64,000 bases of DNA from the NCBI RefSeq assembly GCF_018977255.1, contig NW_024704743.1:109618001-109682000 (forward strand), read 5' to 3'. Under the pieces are notes generated by a model. The model ran no database searches, was not told the DNA's origin, and was given only the letters and a program-made list of their open reading frames with translations. Position 1 is the stretch's first letter, and each line of letters opens with the position of its first letter. This DNA comes from Callorhinchus milii. Taxonomy: Eukaryota. The translations under genes were made by a program, and so were the position numbers. This document shows, piece after piece, positions 12,593 through 24,845 of the stretch.

Positions 12593-12886
12593 ACAACAAT
12601 AACAAAATTATATTTGTAAAGCGCCTCTCACATCGGGAGAACGCCCCAAGGTGCTGGACAGACAGAGTTAAGGACCCGAGATGAGGGTTGGGGTGGGGGA
12701 GGGTGGAGGGCAGGAGGGGAAGTAGGGAGATTGAAAACACGGTCGAAGAGGAGGGTCTTGGGGTGGGTCTTGAAGGTGGCGAGGGAGGGGGCGAGACAGA
12801 GGGACTGCAGGATGGAGTTCCAGAGGGTCGGTGCAGCGCTTGAGGTGAGGAGGTGCTGACGGGAGCCAATCAGAAGAGGCTCGGTC
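12593..12886 (-). mobile_element. L2 LINE 3' end, internally deleted
   Basis: Translates LLIGSRQHL..APTLWNSI..FKTHPKTLLF. Has the L2 3' stem-loop and (TTG)n tail. Confidence 0.85.
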
Positions 12887-12887
12887 A

Positions 12888-13048
12888 ATGTTTGTGGGCC
12901 ACTGCAGTGTGCAAATAAATGGCTGCGCTGTTTTGCCCACAAAATATACAATCAATTCACTTTACAGTATATTCTAATAAGTGATTTGAGACATCTCGAA
13001 AATGTGATAAGGTGCTATATCAAATGCAAGGATTATTATTATTATTAT
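12888..13048 (+). mobile_element. tRNA-SINE 3' half
   Basis: TGTTTGTGGG..CAATTCACTTTACAG..CAAATGCAAGGA(TTA)n. Confidence 0.85.
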
Positions 13049-13811
13049 CTGAAAAAAAGCATGATTCTGTGATGGGGGATGGTTGTGTGTGTGTTCTGGA
13101 AAGATTAAATCCGATCATACCTTAAAACCAGGCAGCAGTTTGTAGAAAGGGAATAGATTGCTCTTGAAGGAGCCAGGTTGAATGGCCTTCTTCTGTGACA
13201 TCAATTTCTATGGTTCTTTGGTTCTAGTGTAAAGTGATAATTTTTGCAAGGTGCACTTCTCATATCAAGTGACTGGCAATCTCAGGCAAGCTGTTTTCTA
13301 TGAGAGAGACAGAGAGAGAGAGACACTTTGTTCTTCAGCCTGTGTGCATTCCAGCCTTGAGAAGGAGAATGTAATGGTGCCAGATACAGATGGCTCCTGG
13401 ATGAACAAAGACATCCTCTTTGATAAGCAGATGTGAAAAGTGATTAAGAAGTCTTGAAGGAAAGGGACCAGCATGAACTGGTCAGGTGTAGTGTGAAACC
13501 ACTGGTGACACCTGGTCAGGGGCTGGCATGAGAATACACAATAAAAGTGGTGAACCCAATACATCAATAGTAGAGCAAAACACTGCCACAGAAGGAGAAG
13601 GATCAACTATCAACATGATTGACATACATTAAGCAGTCACCATCTCTGCTGGAGGAAGGATTTGATCACCCTTCAGTTACATGTACGGTATAATGACTTA
13701 TCAATGTCGCTTTGATTGAATTAAAGTACTAACATCATTCTGAGCTTCTGCTGGTCAGTCTCATTGTATTACACCGTGAACAGACAGGGATTACACTAGC
13801 TGGAAGGGCTT

Positions 13812-14162
13812 TCTTCATCTCCATATAGACCTGTCAGCTCCCTCCACTCAGCAGGCTCCGACCTGCTCAATGTCCCCCGCCTGGCTTGCCCCACCATCAA
13901 CGGTCGGGCCCCAGTCTCTGCCCCCACCCTTTGGAACTCCATCCCACAGCCCCTTTGCCTCCCTCCCTCCCTTAACTCCTTCAAGGCCCTTCTAAAGACC
14001 CTCCTCTTCGACTGTACCTTCAGTTACCCTCCTACCCCTACCCTCCCCACCCTCCACCCTGCTTGATCCTATTCACCAGCTTAGGTGCAGGTCCCTGACT
14101 GTCCAGCGCCTTGGGAAGTTTTCCCAAAGTGAAAGGCCACTATACAAATGTAATTTGTTGTT
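13812..14162 (+). mobile_element. L2 LINE 3' end
   Basis: APTLWNSIP/FKALLKTLLF coding end followed by a CAGCGCCTTGGG..GTGAAAGGC..TTGTTG terminus. Confidence 0.85.
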
Positions 14163-14269
14163 CATGTGACCCAATCATGATGCCTTCTCTGTGCGCAAAT
14201 TGGTTGCCACGTTCGTCTACAAAATACACAGTCACTACACTTTACAATAATATTGGTTAAATGTTCTCC

Positions 14270-15325
14270 CCATCTCTTCCTCACACTCCAGCCCCTATCC
14301 ATCCTTCCCTTTACACCTTCAAACCTGTCTCCCTCTCCTCTCTCACTACCACTATAACCCGCATGAAGCCTACCACTTGCTCCCTCGATCCCATCACTAT
14401 CCCTCTCCTTGCCTCCCAGCTCCACCTCCTTGGCCCTTTACTTTCAAACCTCATCAACCTCTCCCTGTCAACTGGCACCGTTTCCACCACACTAAAAACA
14501 GCTGTCGTTACCCCATCCTAAAAAAAACTTTCCCTGGACCCATCCCTGCTTACAATCTACCACCCCATCTCCAACCTCCCTTTCCTTTCCAAGGTCCTTG
14601 AAAAAGAGTTGTTATTTCCCGGCTTCACTCCTTCCTCTCCTGACCCTCCCTTTATGAAAACCTCCAATTGGGTTTTCATGCTGCATGGAAACAGCCCTGG
14701 TCAAGGTGACAAATGGCATTCTTTCCCTCTATCTCCTCATCCTCCTCGACCTCTCTGCTTCCTTTGACAACTCCCTACTTGTCTGCCTTCCCATCTCTTC
14801 CCTCCACAAGCTGCAGATCATCCAGAACTCTGCAGCTCATGTCCTCTCCCGCACCAGGCTCGGTGACCCCATCACAACCACCCTCGCCTGTCTTCACTGG
14901 CACCCCATCCCTCAGATGATTGAGTTCCAAATTCTCGTCCTCACCTTCAAGGCCCTCAATGGCCTTGCCCCCCACTACCTCATTGACTAGCTAACCTCTG
15001 ATCAACCTGTCCGCTCCCTCTGCTCAGCAGGGTCTGGTCTGCTCCATGGTTCCGCCCACACACCCCCGCCCCCCACCACCAGTCGGGCTTTCAGCCTACC
15101 TGCTACCACCCTCTGTAACCCCATCCCACATTCCCTTTGCCTCAACGCCTCCCTTGCCTCCTTCAAGGCACGCCTCAGGATCCTCCTCTTCAATCGACTC
15201 TTCAGCCACCGTCCTACCCTCTCTGTCCTCCCCAACCCACCCCAGTCGGGTCTTAATCCCTGTCTGTTCAGCACCTTAGGATGTCCCCCCGACGTGAAAG
15301 GCACTTTACAAATGTCATTTTGTAT
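14270..15325 (+). mobile_element. L2 LINE, multiply deleted ORF2 plus 3' end
   Basis: KPTTCSLDPI, LKTAVVTP, ETALVKVTN, LLDLSASFD and KLQIIQNSAA..LHWHPI motifs. Confidence 0.9.
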
Positions 15326-15811
15326 TGCATAGCAGGAGGATTCACAGTGAATCCTGTGAAGTGCTTTGAGATGTCCTCCCAACATGAAAGGCACTACATC
15401 AAAGGCAAGGATGATTAGTTATTATTATCCCTCAGTTCCGTTCATCAAGCAATGTCTGTGGTGAGGGTTAAAGACATTCTTGAAAGTTGTACATGGAAGA
15501 AAATAAATTATATTTATAAATTTATATTTCCAATTATCCAATTTCCCAGTTCATTGCAGTAAAGACCTTTATTTCTAAAAAAAGTGCAATAAATTATCAA
15601 GCCAGTGAGCAGCGAAATTATTAATGTCTCTAAAGAGAGTTAATGCACTTATTAACATCTAAGAGGTGTCATCCTTTTATCATGCGAAATTGGGAATAAA
15701 TAGAATGCATCTATGGATGGTGGTAGTTAATGTGTGACAATGGGGTTACATTTCCCCTTGTCTTGTGGTTAGCAAGTAATGGAGGAATGAGTTAAAGGAG
15801 ATTAACAATGA

Positions 15812-16072
15812 GTAATCCTTATGTTTAGTGCTTTTCACATCAGGAGGATATCTCAAAGTGCTTCACAGGATTTTTCTGTAAAGTGCAGTGAATATGTATT
15901 TCTGGGCAACACAGCAGCTAATTTGCACCCAGCAATGACCCACAAGCAATGACGTAGATTATCAACTTTATCTTGGCTACTGTCCATCAGACACCTGGAA
16001 AAACACCCTTCTCTTTTCAAATAATGCCATGGGATCTTTAATATCTACCTGAACAGGTAGACAGGACCTCAG
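15812..16072 (-). mobile_element. DeuSINE-like fragment
   Basis: TGCCATGGGATCTTTAA..CTGAACAGG reverse core. Confidence 0.7.
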
Positions 16073-19000
16073 TCCATGCTGATCTTGCTGGTCTCAGTCA
16101 GGGGTGGAGGTTAAATTGGACGTGGTCTTCTCAGAGTTAGGGAGGAAAAAACAATCAGGATTCCTCCTCCTGGTCCTTCTGTAGTGCTCTATATTGATGG
16201 TGTGTGTGTGTGTGTGCTTATGTGTGGTGGTGATGGGGTGTAGTTGGGGTGTCAGCCCAGTGAGGACGTTGGAGACAGGGAGCAGAGGGCAAAGGGAAGA
16301 AAATGAAAGAATGATAAGATACTGATTTTTTTAGAAAAAGATTTTAATAATAATAATCCTTACATTTGATATAGCACCTTTCAGGGCAGGAAATCAGAAA
16401 ACCTGTCCTAAGCCCTTCACAGGATATATTGTAAAGTGCAATGCAGTAACTGGCAGACAATATTGTTATAACACTTAAATAAAATGTGTGGTATTCTTTA
16501 ATGCAGTCGAGTTTCTTATAGCTACAAGTAGCAGTGTTTAGCGTGAAGTAACTTACAGACTGACAGAATTCCTCACACATTATTATTGTATTATTATTAT
16601 GCATCCTGGCCTTGGGCAAAACTGATCAAACATTACTGTATTTGCACAGACTGTTGGACAGGTCACCAGGAGAAACTCATATTCAACTATATTATATTCA
16701 AAGCGTGCTGCCCTGCAACTGATGCATATTTTGTTTCAAAAGAGAACGGAGTTTCTCCCTTTGTCCTGGCCCATAATCTGCCTGATACTAAGGTCCTTTA
16801 TCTCTTGGCTGTTTGTGGAAACAGTGGCTGTGTTGAAAATGTCTAACATGTTTGCTGCCAAAAATGCATTTTGATAGTAATTACCCGTGAAACTGTTTGA
16901 GACATTTCTCGGTGATAAGGTGCTATGCAAATGCATATTAGGAAAGATAGAACAACAAGAACAGCCCATGTTCTCAGCCCACACCTATGACATTCAACTC
17001 ATTGAGCCTGTTCCAACAGTTTATTAGATTTTGGCAGATCTTTTGAACCTGACGTCCTGCCCTTTCATCACACTCCTTAATATCTTCACTCACAAGTATC
17101 TCTCTTTTAAACATCCCTTTTGATTACATCTCTGCACAGCTTCCTGAGGCAGAGCATTTCACATTTTCACAGCCCTCCATGTGNAAAAAAAAGCTTTAAC
17201 CTTCTCAAATCTAATGTTAATGTTTTGTAAACAACAGCTTGTACCTCTCATAGAATCATATAGCACAGAAGGAGACCATTCGGCCCATCGTGTCTATGCC
17301 AGCTCTTTGAAAAGAGCTATCCAAGTCAATCCCACTCCCCTGCTCTCTCTCCATAGCCCTGCAAACCCATCCTCCCCAAATAACCATCCACTTCTCTCTT
17401 AAAATTTGCTATCAAATCATCTTCCACACCAATTATATAACACCCTTCACACAGGGAGCATCTCAGAATGCTTGTAACATCCTGATGTACAGTTATCTAT
17501 TGTCCGGTCTACCCATCCCTTCAGAATAACAAGAACATAGATAACATTGAATGATATGGCCCAGCTAGTCCAGTTTATGGCACTTAGGCGTTAACGTTTT
17601 TCTATAAGAAGTCAAGTCGCACAGGGAGCAAGGAGTTCAGTGTGGCAAATAGTGTTATTTTTCTGAAATAGAGCACACGTCTTTCGATATGCCCCCGGGT
17701 ATTTTTTTCTTCAATTCGCTGAGTTTTTCTTTCTGTTCGGTTTGAAAGCAAGATACTAAAACCAACAAAGTCAAACTGTGATCTCTCATATTTACTGTTG
17801 ACTTGTTATACAGAAGAGGTGATTTCTAACTTTCAGAATCTGTTCCTGTTATCACGGTGGGGGAGAGAGCAGGAATGAATTTGCTGCAAGACAGGAATTT
17901 GCAGGTTTAATTTCGAGAATCATGGCTGTCACTTCTTGCTTGGTTTGTCAACAGGACTTCATTAAATGTTATTGAGTGCCAAGGTTTGGATTAGAACTCA
18001 GATAGCAGAGCAGGGATCATCTTTGGTGTTCTGTAGATAATTCTGCTATGGTCACAAATGTAGCACTTTTATTGATAGGCATTTGGGTATTTCTTTTCTT
18101 TCATTTGGTACATTTAGGAAATTTGTCACAGTGCTCATAAAGAAAGGTAATAATACTTAATATTTTCCATGGCACTTTAATTATAATTGCTACATTAAAG
18201 TGGAAGAAATGAGCTTGAATTTTTATAATGCCTTAGCAAACTGAAAACTCTTTGCAGGGAATTATTGTTAAGTCTAGCAACTGTTCATATTGGTAACTGT
18301 GGCAGCCAACATAGTCTTGACTGACATTTCAATGCATTAGTGGATGCAATACAGTCTTTTGCATAAGATGATTAACTGAAGTGCTCGTTGCTTGTTCATT
18401 AAACGTTTGACATTAAATATCCTGCGACACTGTTCAAAAAGTGAACAGAATTTGTCCTGATGTCCAGGCTGACAGTCGCTGCACTTAATTACCATGAGAA
18501 GCTTTGAGACATTTCAACAAGAGGAGGTGCTATAAAAATTCAATGTCTATTTTCCTTTCTCCTTCGGTAGTTTTACTCTGCTGTGCCGGAAAAGCTTTGT
18601 TCTTGGTTTAATGGTTCATCCGTAAGACAGAGGTTTAAAAATTCCATTCAGTCTTTGACGATGTGCGACTGCAATGGGGAAATCCCTTTATGGGGCCGAT
18701 GTGCGATGGGATCTCACTTTACTGTGTCATCTAAAGGGTGGATTGGGGGAGAAAAATACCAGTGAAGACTTGATGAGCTGAATGGCCTGTTGTGCTGTGA
18801 CAGGATCTTGGAATGATTGAGCCAATTCAGCATTTACCCAACCGCCACCTGGGTTCAGTTCCCAGTCAGGGAAACATCTGTATTCACAAGGGATAAGGGA
18901 ATAGAGGATATTAAAGAATGATGGGGGAAGGGAGTATGGACCAACATGAACTAATTGGGGAGAATGTCCTGTTTCTATATTGCATCATTCTATCCTATTC

Positions 19001-19427
19001 TACAAATCTATTATTCATCACTAATGAGGAAAGAAGTACAGAAAATCCTCAGGAAGTTATCCTGAAGTATTGGTGAGTGTTGATGAATGTTAGTTGGTTC
19101 AATAGAGAACCCACTGTTTTAGTTACAGGATTTCAGAACTGCTCCACACTCTGCTAATTATCTTCTGCTTATAGTCCTTGCGATCAGTGCCACACATTCT
19201 GATCGCACTGAGTTTCACTGTGAAGTGTGACTGGGCTCCTGGACCTTATCTGTAGTACATTTAATGATTGGTGAAGTAATGTAGGAGATTGTATTCTGTT
19301 TTAGGTAAAATGTATGTAAAAGCAATGGAATGCTGTGAAAAGCAATATCCCACAGTGCAGCTGAGTGGCACTACTCCTGTACTGCAGTAGGAATCACAAA
19401 ATCCATCAAGAATGATTGGACAAGTTG

Positions 19428-19572
19428 CAGTTTTCCTCTCTGGACTTGAGACAATTGAGAGGGGAACTGATAGAGGTGTTTAAGTTTGTGAAAGGATTTA
19501 GTAAGGTGAACGATAATCAACTGTTTCCACTGACTGGTAAATCCCAAACTAGAGGATACAAATATAAGATAG
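19428..19572 (+). mobile_element. CR1 3' fragment, left half of a split host element
   Basis: Encodes LRGELIEVFKFVKG..LFPLTGKSQTRGYKYKI and continues at 22630. Confidence 0.8.
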
Positions 19573-20662
19573 AATCATAGAATCATACAGCACAGAAGGA
19601 GGCCATTTGACCCATTAGGTCTGTGCCAGCTCTTTGACAAGAGCTATCCAAATCAATCCCACTCCTCCACTCTCTCCCCATTGCCCTGCAAACTTTTACA
19701 CCCCAAATAATTATCTAATTCTCTTTTAAAACTTGTTATCAAATCGGCTTCCACCACCCTTTTAGGTGATGCATTCCAGATCCGAACAACACACTGTGTG
19801 AAAAAAATTCTCCTCACTTCCCTTCTGTTTCTTTTAACAACTATTTTAAATTGATGTCCTTGTTTTAATATCAAACTGTTTATCATCTGTAATATTTATT
19901 TTAACAACTAATTTAAATCATTTTTTTATATAGCTTAGTATCACCTGCAAACTTGGAAATTGTACTCCTTATATCTATATCCAAGTCCAGGTCATTTATA
20001 TAGATCAAAAAGAGCAGTGGTCCCAATACCACCCCCTGGGAGACACCACTGCACACTTTACTCCAGTCCTCTGGCACCATCCCGGTGCTCTGTTCCCCAA
20101 ACTATCTCCTTCTTGAAAGCTTCCCATTACTTGTTAGCTGTTTTACCTGTCAATCTTTCTTTCTAGTCCACCTTAGCTAGGTTCCTTTTTAACTCACTGA
20201 AATTAGCCCTTTTCCAGTTGAGTATCTTCACCTTTGATTGTTCCTTGTCCTTTTCCATAAGTACTCTAAACCTAATGATGTTGTGATCACTGTTGTCCAG
20301 ATGCTCTCCTATTGAAACTTGCCCCACTTCATTCCCCAGACTAGATCCAGAAGCTGCTTCCTTCCTCATTGGGTTGGAAGCATACTGATCCAGAAAGTTA
20401 TCCAATTTCAGGAATCCTTCCCCCTCATTGCCCTTTACATTGTTATTTTGCCAGTCTATGTGAGGATAATTGAAGTTCCCCCATTATCACTGCTCTATTG
20501 TTTTTGCATCTTTCTGTAATCTGCTTGCAGATTTGCTTATCTATCTCCTTCCCACTATTTGGTGGTCTATAGTAAACACCTAGCAGAATAAAAGCTCCTT
20601 TTCTGCTCCTTAACTCTAACCAAATAGATTCTGGTTTTTGACCTTCAAGCACATTGTCCATT

Positions 20663-21132
20663 ACATAAGAACATAAGAGTTAGGAGCAGGAGTAGGCCAT
20701 TTGGCCCCTCTAGCCTGCCCCGCCATTCAATAAGATCATGGCTGATCTAACTCCACCTACTTGCCTTATCCCCATATCCCTTAATCCCTTTATCCACAAG
20801 AAATCTATCAATCTCAGTCTTGAATATGTTCAAGGACTGAGCATCTACAGCCCTTTGGGGTAGAGAATTCTATAAACCCTCTGAGTGAAGAAGATTTTCC
20901 TCAACTCAGTGCGAAAGGGCTTACCCCTAATTTTAAGACTGTGATCTCTGGTTATAGTTTCTCCAACCAGGGGAAAAAGTTTCCCACTACCTATTCTGTC
21001 GTGCCCCTTAATAATCTTATAGGTTTCTATAAAATCACCTCTCATTCTTCTATATTCTAGAGAATATAGGCCTAAATTGCTCAACCTTTTTAGTAACTCA
21101 TAACTCATCCCCTTCATCCCTGGTACCATCCT
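20663..21132 (-). mobile_element. Nested CR1 3' fragment inside the endonuclease region
   Basis: ORF 20845-21129 LGLYSLEYRRMRGD..KIFFTQRV. Terminal ACATAAGAACATAAG repeats. Confidence 0.85.
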
Positions 21133-21686
21133 AGGTCAGTAATCCAGGGCATGTCTTTAATCAATATTGTCACCTCCCCACCCACTTATTATTCCTTCCC
21201 TATCCCTCCTGAATACATTGTGGCCAGGAATATTCAGCTCTCATTCCTACCCTTGTTTGAGCTTGGTCTCCATTATTGCCACTACATCATAACCCTATGT
21301 GGCAACTTGAGCCTGCAGCTCACCAACTTATTTGTCACACTTCATGCATTTACATACATGCACTCCATGACCAACTGAGTCTGCTCTGCATTTCTCGCCC
21401 ATCTAATCCCTTGTTTTTCTGGATTACTCCTTATTACATTGCTATTCTTCTCTCCCAGTGCTCCACGTAACTTGTTTGTCCTCTCTAATGCTACATCCTG
21501 ATTCCTTTCTTCCCTCAAAATTAGTTTAAACCTTTCCCCACAGCACTAGTTAACCCTCCCTGCGAGGACATTGGTCCCAGCCCTGTTCAGGTGTAACCCA
21601 TTCACCTTGTACAGGAACCATTTGCCCCAGAACTGGTCCCAATGATCCAGGATCCTGAAGCCCTCCTTTCTGTACCATTTTTGCAG

Positions 21687-22473
21687 TCATACATTCATGT
21701 GTTTTATCCTGTTGTTTTGATACTCACTTGTGCGAGGCACTGGGAATAATCCAGAGATTACCACCTTTGAGGTCAGACTCTTTAACTTTTTCCCTAGCTT
21801 CTTATATCTTCTGTGTGGGATCTCAGCCCTTTTTTTCCCTACATCATGGATCCCAACATGGACCACAGCTTCTGGATGTTCCCCTTGCCCCTGTAGAATG
21901 TTTTGCACCCGTTCTGTAATGTCTTCAACCCTGGCACCAGGGAGGCAACAGGCAACATCCCATTCGAGAATCACGTCTTTGGTGGCAGAAACGCCTGTCT
22001 ACTCCTTTCACCATTGTGTCCCCAATGACAATTGTATTGACACTCTTCCCTGTCCCACCCTTTGCATTCATTTGCTTTTGACTGCCCTCCCCGGAGGTGT
22101 CATCGCCCTGACTTGTATTCAGTTCAGAGAACTGGTTTGTGAGTGCCACACTCTAGGGGATTTCTGCACTGCCCGTCCACTCTTCCTACCATGACGGGTG
22201 GTCGGTCACCCACTCACTCTCCTTCTGAACTCTCTGTGGCTGTGGGGTGACCACCTCCTGAAACATTCAATCCATGAACTCTTCAGCCTCCCGTATGCTA
22301 TGTAGTGACACCAGCCTCTCCTTGAGCTCAGAATCTCCGAGCTCACGTTTGAGCAATTGGAGGCACTTCCTACATACATATTTGTCCAGGGCACATGAAG
22401 CATCCTGGAGTTCCCACATGGCACACATTGTCCATGCAACTGGTCTCAGCTGCCCTGCCATATTCCCAGACAT
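21687..22473 (-). pseudogene. CR1 ORF1 remnant: zinc finger/leucine zipper plus SGNH(GDSL) esterase domain
   Basis: CAMWE..YVCRKCLQL, IVIGDTMVKG, CCLPGARVEDI, VVHVGIHD and SGLFPVPR, split across frameshifts. Confidence 0.85.
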
Positions 22474-22629
22474 GTTTTACATTATTTTAATATAACTATT
22501 ATATATCTGATAATTATGCACCTCTTTCCCCCTCTCCAACAAATTCTCACTCTCAGCAAATCCTTAACAGAATTCTCATTCTGTTCCACCTCACTCAGTT
22601 CCCTTCTCACGCTGTTGGGCTCTCTGCTC

Positions 22630-22902
22630 AAGATAGCCAGTGGTAGAGCCAATAGGGAGTTTAGAAGGAACTTACTTATGTAGAAGGTGATAAGAATGTG
22701 GAACTCACTGCCGGAAGCTGTGGTTGAAGCTTCATGTTTTTGAAAAAAAACGTTAATTAAAATTTTAAAAAGAAAATGTTTTTCTGGATCCATTCAAATT
22801 TTCAAGACTGAGATGGTAAGGGATATGGGCCAAAGATGGATAAATTGAGTTGTGGTACAGATTAGCCATGATCAACTAGAATGACCTTCTCCTGTTCCTA
22901 TG
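22630..22902 (+). mobile_element. CR1 3' end, right half of the split host element
   Basis: KIASGRANREFRRN..RMWNSLP, then a 3' UTR ending CTCCTGTTCCTATG. Confidence 0.8.
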
Positions 22903-23086
22903 TGCTTATAAGCTCCAAAACTTATTTATCGCCAATGTTTCTCTTGGAAACAGACTCTACTCAACAAGAACAACTTGTATTTATAAAGCGCCCTTTATGG
23001 AAAGTAATATCTTGGAGCACTGAACAATGGTGGAGTTTGATGCTGAGCCTGGGAGAAAAAGAAGGGTCCATAGGTACCCGGGAGTG

Positions 23087-23447
23087 AAATCCATTCACTC
23101 CCTGGCACCTCCCTACCTCTCCGATCTCCTAAATCCCCAATCTATCACCTGGCACCTTCACTCGACTGGCACAGGCCTCCTACTTGTCCCTCACACCTTC
23201 CACTCCACCATTGGTGGTTGTGCTTTCATCCATTATGCCCCAAAACTGTAGAACACTCTTCTTCAATCCCTCTGCTTCCCTCCCTCTGTCCCCTTTTCCA
23301 ACCTTCCTTTTCGACCGTGCTTACGGTCACATTGCCTCTCTCCGCACCCCCCGGCTCGGAGTCAAGCTCTGCCACTGTTAAGCGCTCTGAAATGCTAACC
23401 TACGTGAAGGGCGTTATATAAGTGCATGTTGTTCTTGTTGTTGTTGT
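23087..23447 (+). mobile_element. L2 LINE 3' end (second subfamily)
   Basis: KSIHSLAPPYLSDLL..YAPKL. Terminus AAGCGCTCTGA..GTGAAGGGCG..(GTT)n. Confidence 0.85.
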
Positions 23448-23574
23448 AGGTACAATTTGAACTTGAGTTATTTCAACACAGACAGAGAAAGAAAGAGCCA
23501 TTTTCCCTCCATCAGGAGTTTGAGCTTATAGTCTTGGCTGACACTCCAATGCAATGCTGGGGAGTGCTGCAATT

Positions 23575-23950
23575 GTGGAGTCCTGTAGCTCAGTGGTTAG
23601 GGCACTCGCCTCGCAAGCAAGAGACCTGGGTTCTGTTCCCAGGAGGGCGAATGTTGGGCACGTTTTTCTTACTCCACATGCCTCTATTTACCTAGCAGTA
23701 AGTAGGAATCCAGTTGTTAGTTGATTGTTGGATTAATAATTCCTCAAAAAATAAACAATAATAATTTGGTCATTCAATCCACAACTGTTTGTGGCTCACT
23801 GCTGTGCGCAATTGGCTGTCACGTTTTGCCCACAAATATACAGTCAATTCACTTTACCATATATTCTGTGCAGAGCTTTGAGACATCTAGAAGATGTGAA
23901 AAGTGCGATATCAAATGCAAGGATTATTATTATTATTATGATTATTATTA
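23575..23950 (+). mobile_element. tRNA-Ala-like SINE (long form) inserted in a DeuSINE
   Basis: Head GGAGTCCTGTAGCTCAGTGGTTAG, central CCTAGCAGTAAGTAGGAA and (TTA)n tail. DeuSINE sequence lies on both sides (23515-24105). Confidence 0.9.
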
Positions 23951-24106
23951 CAATAATGAGACCTTACACCAAAGTCCCGTTTGCCTGTTCTGGTAAATGT
24001 TACCGATCACATGATGCTATTCAATAAAAGAGAAGAGACTTCCTCCCAGTGTCCTGACCGACCAATCCCACATATAAAATTGGTCCTATAGTTTTGGCTG
24101 TTTGGG

Positions 24107-24845
24107 AGAGTTAGACAGATTAAGAAGTGGGCAAAACTGTGGCTGATGGAATTCAATGTAAGGAAGTATGAGGCCATCCACTACGAATCCAAAAATAGCA
24201 AAACAGAATTTTTTCTACATGGTGAGAAAATAAGAACTGTGGAGGAGCAAAGGAATTTGGGTGTCCACGTACACAAATCACTAAAAACAAGCTTGGGGGT
24301 ACAAAAAATTATTTAAAAGACTAATGGGATGTTGGTCTTTATCTCAAGGGGGGGTGGAATATAAAGGAGAGGAAATTATGCTTCAACTGTACAGAGCCTC
24401 TGTCAGATGCCATCTTGAGTACTGCGTTCAGTTTTGGACACCGCACCTCAGGAAGGATATATTTGCTCTGGATGGGGTGCAGCGCAGATTCACCAGAATG
24501 ATACCAGGGTTTAAAGGGTTAAATTATGAGGACAGGTTGCATAAACGTGGTATCTATACCCTTGAGTTTAGAAGGTTGAGGGGTGATCTGATTGAGGTTT
24601 TTAAAATAATAAAGGGATTGGATAGGGTAGATACAGATAAGCTATTTCATCCAGTGGGGGAATCCAGAATAAGGGGGCATAATCTTAAAATTAGAGCTAG
24701 GCCATTTAGGAGTGAAATCAGGAGGCAGTTTTTCACCCAAAAGTTAGTGGAAATCTGGAACTCTCTCCCCAAAAAGGCTGTGGATGTTGGATCCCTTCAC
24801 ATCTTCAAGACTGAGGTAGTTAGATATTTGTTAGGTCAGGGTATC
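24107..24845 (+). mobile_element. CR1 3' part, interrupted by L2; resumes at 27043-27140
   Basis: HLEYCVQFWTPHLRKD..RRLRGDLIEVFK..WNSLP. The 3' UTR continues AGGGATATGGG..GCCTACTCCTG after the L2. Confidence 0.9.

Larger units (their letters stand above)
19573..22629 (-). mobile_element. Internally deleted CR1 retaining 5' UTR/ORF1, endonuclease and RT pieces, and 3' end
   Basis: ORF1 at 21687-22473. Endonuclease motifs ESIWLEL..GVYYRPP and SDHNII. 3' end RIFFTQCVVRIWN. TSD AAGATAG at 19566-19572 and 22630-22636. Confidence 0.85.

Noticed and set aside
17184..17184. Single N next to a poly(A) run
   Set aside because: It is an assembly ambiguity, not biology.
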